Shown here one piece after another: positions 58,799 through 64,000 of a stretch of 64,000 nucleotides of DNA (the first letter of the stretch is position 1; each line of letters starts with the position of its first letter). Source of the DNA: a virus; the IMG/VR virus record IMGVR_UViG_3300043788_000040, positions 106,564-170,563 of that record. One strand, given 5' to 3'. The notes under the pieces were generated by a model that was not told the DNA's origin, did not search any database, and saw only the letters and a program-made list of their open reading frames with translations. Both the position numbers and the translations under genes were made by a program.

Positions 58799-59644
58799 AT
58801 GGCGACTTCCCGCAGAGATGCTCTCGGCGACCGCATGAAGCGGTACGAAGAGGCTACGCGTTTCTCCCTCCCCAGGCGCACGTACACCATCCTCCGCGTT
58901 GACGGTCGTGCATTCCACTCTTGGACGCGGGGTCTTGAAAAACCCTACGACACCGATTTTATGGTGTGCATTGACAATACGGCGATAGCCTTGTGTGAAC
59001 AGATTTCCGGGGCACAGTTCGCTTACGTTCAGTCCGACGAGATCAGCGTACTCGCCGTGGATTTTGATAACGTAGACACCCAGTCGTGGTTTGACGGGAA
59101 CGTACAGAAGTGGGCGAGTATAGGCGCATCCGTAGCCACGATGGCGTTTAATCGCATGGTCATGAATTACCTGACGCAAGCCGGGGACATGGCTCCCAAT
59201 AAAATCCTCCAAAAGCAACCTAACGCGGTGTTTGACGCCCGCGTGTTCACCATCCCCGATCCCATCGAGGTGGAGAACTACTTCGTCTGGCGTCAGCAGG
59301 ACGCCGAACGCAACTCCGTCATGATGCTCGCCCGCGCTCACGCCAGCCACAAGCAGCTTGCGGGCAAAAAGCGGGCCGACCAGCACGAGATCATCCACAG
59401 GGCAGGGGACAACTGGGCGAAACATCCGGTGCGCTTCAAGCACGGCGCGGTCATCCGACATGCCGGAGAAAACGAACGATTGAAGACCGATGTTCTCTTT
59501 GCTAAAGGCAATCACACATTCTCCAACTGGGTTATGGACACCGAAACTCCGGTCTTCACGAAGCAGCGTGAGTACCTCCGCAGCCTCGTGCCGATCATCT
59601 GGAACGACGATCTCCTAGTCAGAAAGGCGGCAGCGAATGGCTGA
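58799..59644 (+). CDS. thg1: tRNA(His) guanylyltransferase Thg1-like protein (3'-5' polymerase)
   Basis: RMKRYE, RVDGRAFH, YVQSDEIS, FDGNVQK..S, FDARV, YFVWRQQDAERNS, FKHG. Confidence 0.93.
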   Translation: MATSRRDALGDRMKRYEEATRFSLPRRTYTILRVDGRAFHSWTRGLEKPYDTDFMVCIDNTAIALCEQISGAQFAYVQSDEISVLAVDFDNVDTQSWFDGNVQKWASIGASVATMAFNRMVMNYLTQAGDMAPNKILQKQPNAVFDARVFTIPDPIEVENYFVWRQQDAERNSVMMLARAHASHKQLAGKKRADQHEIIHRAGDNWAKHPVRFKHGAVIRHAGENERLKTDVLFAKGNHTFSNWVMDTETPVFTKQREYLRSLVPIIWNDDLLVRKAAANG

Positions 59645-59981
59645 AAACAAGCTGGACTACAGAGCAATCAACGTCCTCGGCGCTACGTTTCGGTTCCGCA
59701 TCAAGAAGCTGGAGACCGAGTTCATGTTCGCGGACGGCACCGTCCACATATTCCCCAACTGGGACGTCAAGAACCTCCGTGAACGGTACTACATGGAAGA
59801 GTACATCAATGTGCCCACGGAGATGTACCTGACGATAGCCGCCGAATCCGGCGAGACCGTGGAGTACGGGATCAAGACCTCCGACGTCAAAAAGTTCATT
59901 GAACTAAGAGCAGAGTTCTTTGAAGACTTACTCCTCGCCGCAGCGGGCAATATGCCGCTGGACTCCGAGGAAAATCTGTAG
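59637..59981 (+). CDS. Hypothetical protein
   Basis: Overlaps the thg1 stop. Confidence 0.6.
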   Translation: MAENKLDYRAINVLGATFRFRIKKLETEFMFADGTVHIFPNWDVKNLRERYYMEEYINVPTEMYLTIAAESGETVEYGIKTSDVKKFIELRAEFFEDLLLAAAGNMPLDSEENL

Positions 59982-60017
59982 TACAACTGAAACAGCATTC
60001 AAACCTAAAGGAGCAAG

Positions 60018-60842
60018 ATGACTCTCAAACGCATCAGCTTATTTTTACTCGCATTTTTGGCACTAAACACCTTCGCGCACGCCGACGATGTTCAGCCTGT
60101 CAACTCCCAAGTCAACGCCATTGTTGCGGCGAACACAACCCCGGCTGCCAAAGCAACAGCGATCCTCGGCTTGCTCAACACGGCGAGCACGATCAACGAA
60201 GCCGAAAAGGCAGACTTCAAGACCCACGAAGCGAAGAAATCCGCTATTGAGATGGCGGACGCCGCCCTCACTAAGTATCTCCCGCCCCACAACACTGCTG
60301 TTGCGAACCTAGCCATTGAACAGGGACAGCACAACGACGCGGTGCATGCGCAGGATACCGCCACGGCGCAGCACAACGCTAACCGTTGCGTAGCCCCCTC
60401 GGACAACCCCGGCGTGTGCTCTGCGTACAACGCAGAAGCGGATCAACTGAACCAGCGGGCTAGTTACCTCACCAACGAGGCGGCGGGATTGAACAAACGA
60501 GCCGACGACCTCAACGCAGAGAAGGCTAAGCTGGACGAAATCCAGAAGAACCTTTCCGCCGACATTCTGGAATACACGGCATGGTCAAAGTCGTACAACG
60601 CTAACGTCGCCCAGAACCAAGCCAACATCGCGCTGCTGGTCAGCACGCTGAAGCAGGTTTTGAAGTCCAACGACGACTGCAAAAAGGCTATCGGCAGCGG
60701 CACCGCCGAAAACATGTCCGAAGTTTGTGGGCAGCTTTTTGACGGCAACGCAATCCATGACGGCAAAACCAACAGGGGAACCGGGACCAACGAATTCGGT
60801 CGCGGGGGCAACCCAACGAACGAGCAAGAGCCGCACAACTAA
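60018..60842 (+). CDS. Secreted coiled-coil protein
   Basis: SD AAGGAG; signal peptide ending AHA; Asn/Ala-rich helices; two Cys pairs. Confidence 0.7.
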   Translation: MTLKRISLFLLAFLALNTFAHADDVQPVNSQVNAIVAANTTPAAKATAILGLLNTASTINEAEKADFKTHEAKKSAIEMADAALTKYLPPHNTAVANLAIEQGQHNDAVHAQDTATAQHNANRCVAPSDNPGVCSAYNAEADQLNQRASYLTNEAAGLNKRADDLNAEKAKLDEIQKNLSADILEYTAWSKSYNANVAQNQANIALLVSTLKQVLKSNDDCKKAIGSGTAENMSEVCGQLFDGNAIHDGKTNRGTGTNEFGRGGNPTNEQEPHN

Positions 60843-61171
60843 TCTTCTGCCGGGATTTCCGGCGAAGCGCAACAAGCAAAGTAAGGCTGGGCGGGGGGTT
60901 CAACGTCGGCTCCCGCCCGGCACCTCTCACGGAGGGGTTATGCAACCACTGGTTCAACTGCTGTTGACTGTCGCAATGTACTCCCTCATGGGGATGACGG
61001 TAGGTCTCGGCGTAGTCCTTTACCGAAGGTACCCGATGATCGGATTTCAGATGCAGCAGCACCCGGTGCTCGGATGGTCACTGGCGTTTGCAGCAGGAAG
61101 TGCGTTTACGACCATAGTTTTCACCGTCATTGAGTACGCAGCGCTTCTGCTTCTTTCACACACGGGGTGAC

Positions 61172-61744
61172 ATGAGCAAGGTCTGGACAAAACGGCTGGG
61201 CGATGCGGTATTCGCAATCCGCTGGATTCTCTACCCGATCAATATCGGGTTGATCCTCGCTCTGTGCTTCTACGTCGTCGGCTTTCTGGTCAACGACTGC
61301 CGCTTCATCTGGGACATGTTCCGGCACTGGACTTGGGACATGGAAGCGATGATGGTCATGCTCCTCGGCTTCGTGGACATGAGCATGGTCGCCAACCTGA
61401 TTGTCATGGTGGTTCAAGGCACCCAGCGAATCTTCATCCACCGCTTTGACATCTCGGACAAGTCGGAACGCCCGCAGTGGCTTGACCACATTGACTCCGG
61501 TATCCTGAAGGTCAAGATCGCGCTGTCCATCGCGGGCATCACGCTCATCCAGATTCTCAAGGATTTCGTCCATGTGGAACAGGTCAACTGGGGCAACACC
61601 CTACACCGCATCATCATCCACGTGGTCGCCCTGTTCTCCGCACTGATGATGGCGCTGATCTGGCGCATCACGCACCCGGAATGGGCTGCCGACCATGCGA
61701 CAGAGGAAAATGAAACCGTCTACGACGGACGGAGACAGATATGA
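61172..61744 (+). CDS. yqhA: YqhA (UPF0114) family membrane protein
   Basis: RWILYP..IGL, LGFVD.SMVANL..MV, PQWLDHIDSGILKVK...SI.GI..I..LK.F. Confidence 0.85.
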   Translation: MSKVWTKRLGDAVFAIRWILYPINIGLILALCFYVVGFLVNDCRFIWDMFRHWTWDMEAMMVMLLGFVDMSMVANLIVMVVQGTQRIFIHRFDISDKSERPQWLDHIDSGILKVKIALSIAGITLIQILKDFVHVEQVNWGNTLHRIIIHVVALFSALMMALIWRITHPEWAADHATEENETVYDGRRQI

Positions 61745-63015
61745 CCAAAGATAAAGAAATCAAATTTGAACTGAAACGGCTGAAGCTAGATGCCGAGATC
61801 ATGCAACTGAAAGCCGACGCCTTGGTGATAGGGCGTCCCGTGCGCATCCTGTCCGACTATAACGGGCAGCCTTACGGCAGGTCCAAGCGGTCTCTTCGTG
61901 GAGAAACCAGAACCGCCGAACGGGTGCATATTGACCCGCATCACGGCATCTCCCTGTTCCTGCGGGACGAAAGAGTCTCAATCCCGGTGGATGAGGTTGA
62001 GTGGCTGTGAAACCCTCCGTTGCAAAAACGTTGAAGCGTGGCGATCCTCTGTGGGTTCGGGGACACGTCCGTGAGGTTGACGCAAGCGGTAAGTGGATTG
62101 AGGTGCAGTTCTCAACGCCCTACTCCCTTGACATAACGGTCAAGGACATCCGTCGTCCGAGGAAAAAGAAGTCATGACGCCATTCCTCGTGGTTTTCGGG
62201 CTGGCCGCGCTTTTTAATCACCACGAGGCGCTGGGGCTGACGCTTTTCCTGATAGCCTATCTCATCAGGCACAAAAGGTTCGCATGAGAGTTCTCACAGA
62301 AGAAGCGCAGAAGAACAGGGATGCCTTTGACTCCTACGCCAAGGAAGCGGGCTGCGGATGTCACTCGCATCCCCCGTGCAGCTATTGCACGCACCCCGGC
62401 AACCCTATGAACCAAGAGGAAGACGAAACCTGCTGGACGATTGAGTACACCAAGGACGAAGCCCTGTGGTGGGCGATCTGCCAGATGCGCCGAACCTCGC
62501 GGATGCTTGACCTCGAAGAAGTGCAGCTTGAAGGCAAGGAGTACCTCGTCAGCATCTACGGAGCCGGGCTGGACATGTGTGCCGACCAGTGCGAGAAAGC
62601 CATGGACCCGGAGGAACTGAAGCGGATGAGGGGTGAGACTTTTCCGAACACATGCCCCACTTGTGCCCGATCCGGCTTGGCGGCACGAGACAATGAAACA
62701 GGCGGTATAGACATCTGCTACGATCCGTGGCACGACGTTCAAGGAGAAAGCAATGACCGATAAGAGAATTGGTTTCATTTGGGGAATTTTTGCGGGTATC
62801 ATTTTGACGATTGTGATGATCGCGTTCGTGGCGCATCTCGCCAACACCCCGGATTCTACCCCTCCCCCCGATGGCGGGGGCGTTGGAGGCGGTCCGGTTT
62901 ACATGCCGCCAGAGAATCTCATTAGTCCGCTGGACGTACCTCCGCCCGCGCCGATGCCGTCCATAGCGGAACCTGCACAACCAGCGCAAGCTGCGCCCGC
63001 ACAAGCGGAGCCACA

Positions 63016-63438
63016 ATGAAACAGTCCAGTTTCTTTTTCGTCCTCCTGCTTGCGGTCTTGGCGTCCGGCTGTGATGGACGACACGACACCCGGCACAAGG
63101 CGACGATCTACAAGACGAAGCAGCACCACATCGTCATGAAAGACGATCAGGGCAAGTGGTGGGAGTACACCCTGAACAACCTTGACATCGGCTCCGATGT
63201 TCCGTACAACAGCCGTGGCGAGATGGTGCTCCCCTCGGGTGGTAGCTGGCGTGCAGCGACTCAACAGGAAGAGGAAGAAGTCACTGTTGAGAGCCAAGCT
63301 ACAAACGCGGAGGAGACCACGGTTGACGAAACCGATGCTGGGTCACCTGACGGCTCCGGGGATGTTGGTGGAGATTCCGGTGGCGACTCAGGCGGCGACG
63401 CTGGTGGAGACGGCGGTGGTGATGGAGGAGGGGAATAA
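63016..63438 (+). CDS. Lipoprotein with acidic Gly/Asp tail
   Basis: Lipobox LASGC; GGD repeats. Confidence 0.7.
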   Translation: MKQSSFFFVLLLAVLASGCDGRHDTRHKATIYKTKQHHIVMKDDQGKWWEYTLNNLDIGSDVPYNSRGEMVLPSGGSWRAATQQEEEEVTVESQATNAEETTVDETDAGSPDGSGDVGGDSGGDSGGDAGGDGGGDGGGE

Positions 63439-63809
63439 TGCCTGAAGCAACAGCAATGAAAGCTACAACTGAACAGGAGCGAGCAACGCTCCGTACCATT
63501 CTTGCACGTGGAGAGCAGAAGTACACCGAATGCCCCTGCGGCTGGTTCTATCTCGGCGCTAAATGCCCAGATCAGAAGTGCAAGCAGTGGAAGAAAGCCA
63601 ACGGCACCAAGCGGATCAAGCTCTACACCCACGGGGACAGGGAAAGTGCCTACGAAGTGGGCAAGGAACTCGGCTTGGAGGGAGACACTCTTCGCACCTT
63701 CGCTTACTGGGGTGAAGAGATTGAGTTTGAAGCAGACGTGAATATGGAGACGGGAGAAGTGACCCTCGTCACTGTAGACGGTCACAAGATTTTTCCCGTG
63801 AAGGGCTGA
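63438..63809 (+). CDS. Cys-containing hypothetical protein
   Basis: CPCG...CPDQKC. Confidence 0.6.
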   Translation: MPEATAMKATTEQERATLRTILARGEQKYTECPCGWFYLGAKCPDQKCKQWKKANGTKRIKLYTHGDRESAYEVGKELGLEGDTLRTFAYWGEEIEFEADVNMETGEVTLVTVDGHKIFPVKG

Positions 63810-63828
63810 AACTCACGTATTAAACCCC

Positions 63829-64000
63829 ATGGCGATTGACGTAGGATTCAAGAAAACTGCTGAAGCAGAAACCCAGTACACCACGGGCGCACAGCGCGAT
63901 AGCCGTGTGGGTAAGGGAGCACTCCACTGGATGCCGTGGGACGCCGTGTGGCTTGTCTCCAACATCTACGAACGTGGCAACAAGGGGCGTACCAAGACGG
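63829..64000 (+). CDS. DUF5664 dATP/dGTP diphosphohydrolase-like protein (partial)
   Basis: Manual read: YTTGAQRDSRVGKGALHWMPWDAV...IYERG; runs off the right edge. Confidence 0.65.
   Translation, partial: MAIDVGFKKTAEAETQYTTGAQRDSRVGKGALHWMPWDAVWLVSNIYERGNKGRTKT

Noticed and set aside
60886-60921. Strong GC hairpin as a tRNA fragment (contains GGTTCAA)
   Set aside because: A single stem-loop with no other arms; more likely a terminator or processing hairpin
63350-63435. GGTGGAGAT-type tandem repeats
   Set aside because: Low-complexity Gly/Asp coding tail of a lipoprotein
1-64000. CRISPR array, DGR, introns/inteins, or stop-codon recoding
   Set aside because: No spaced direct repeats, reverse transcriptase or split conserved genes seen; TAA, TAG and TGA all end full-length conserved genes

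Overview
A 64 kb segment of a large (jumbo-type) dsDNA bacteriophage, about 55-57% GC by eye, using the standard genetic code. It has densely packed small ORFs and no host housekeeping operons. Several genes resemble families I associate with Acidobacteriota, the likely host. Main contents: (i) a NusG-family protein with a long C-terminal extension; (ii) a minus-strand block of modular, paralogous virion/fibre-like genes interrupted by a self-contained unit encoding an 8/4 'allo-tRNA' (GAU anticodon, Ser-type body) whose 3' trailer carries a perfect 16-nt antisense to its own anticodon arm; (iii) a sigma70-type operon of two tandem Y-RNA-like RNAs followed by Ro60 (TROVE-vWA), where the RNAs share a covarying bulged-C stem but display different anticodon-like loops (CCA/Trp, and GUA/Tyr inside a circularly permuted tRNA); (iv) an RNA/tRNA repair and maturation set (PNK-phosphatase, Rnl1, CCA-adding enzyme, Thg1-like protein, truncated class II aaRS-like protein); (v) nucleotide metabolism (ThyX, two deaminases, NUDIX, dUTPase, DUF5664), signalling-type enzymes (dual-specificity phosphatase, HD-GYP-like), an SNF2 helicase, PhoH, peptide deformylase, IscA and two homing-type endonucleases. 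A recurring GTATTA motif 5-7 nt before start codons suggests widespread leaderless transcription. All protein calls come from motif recognition by eye; no database searches or folding programs were run.
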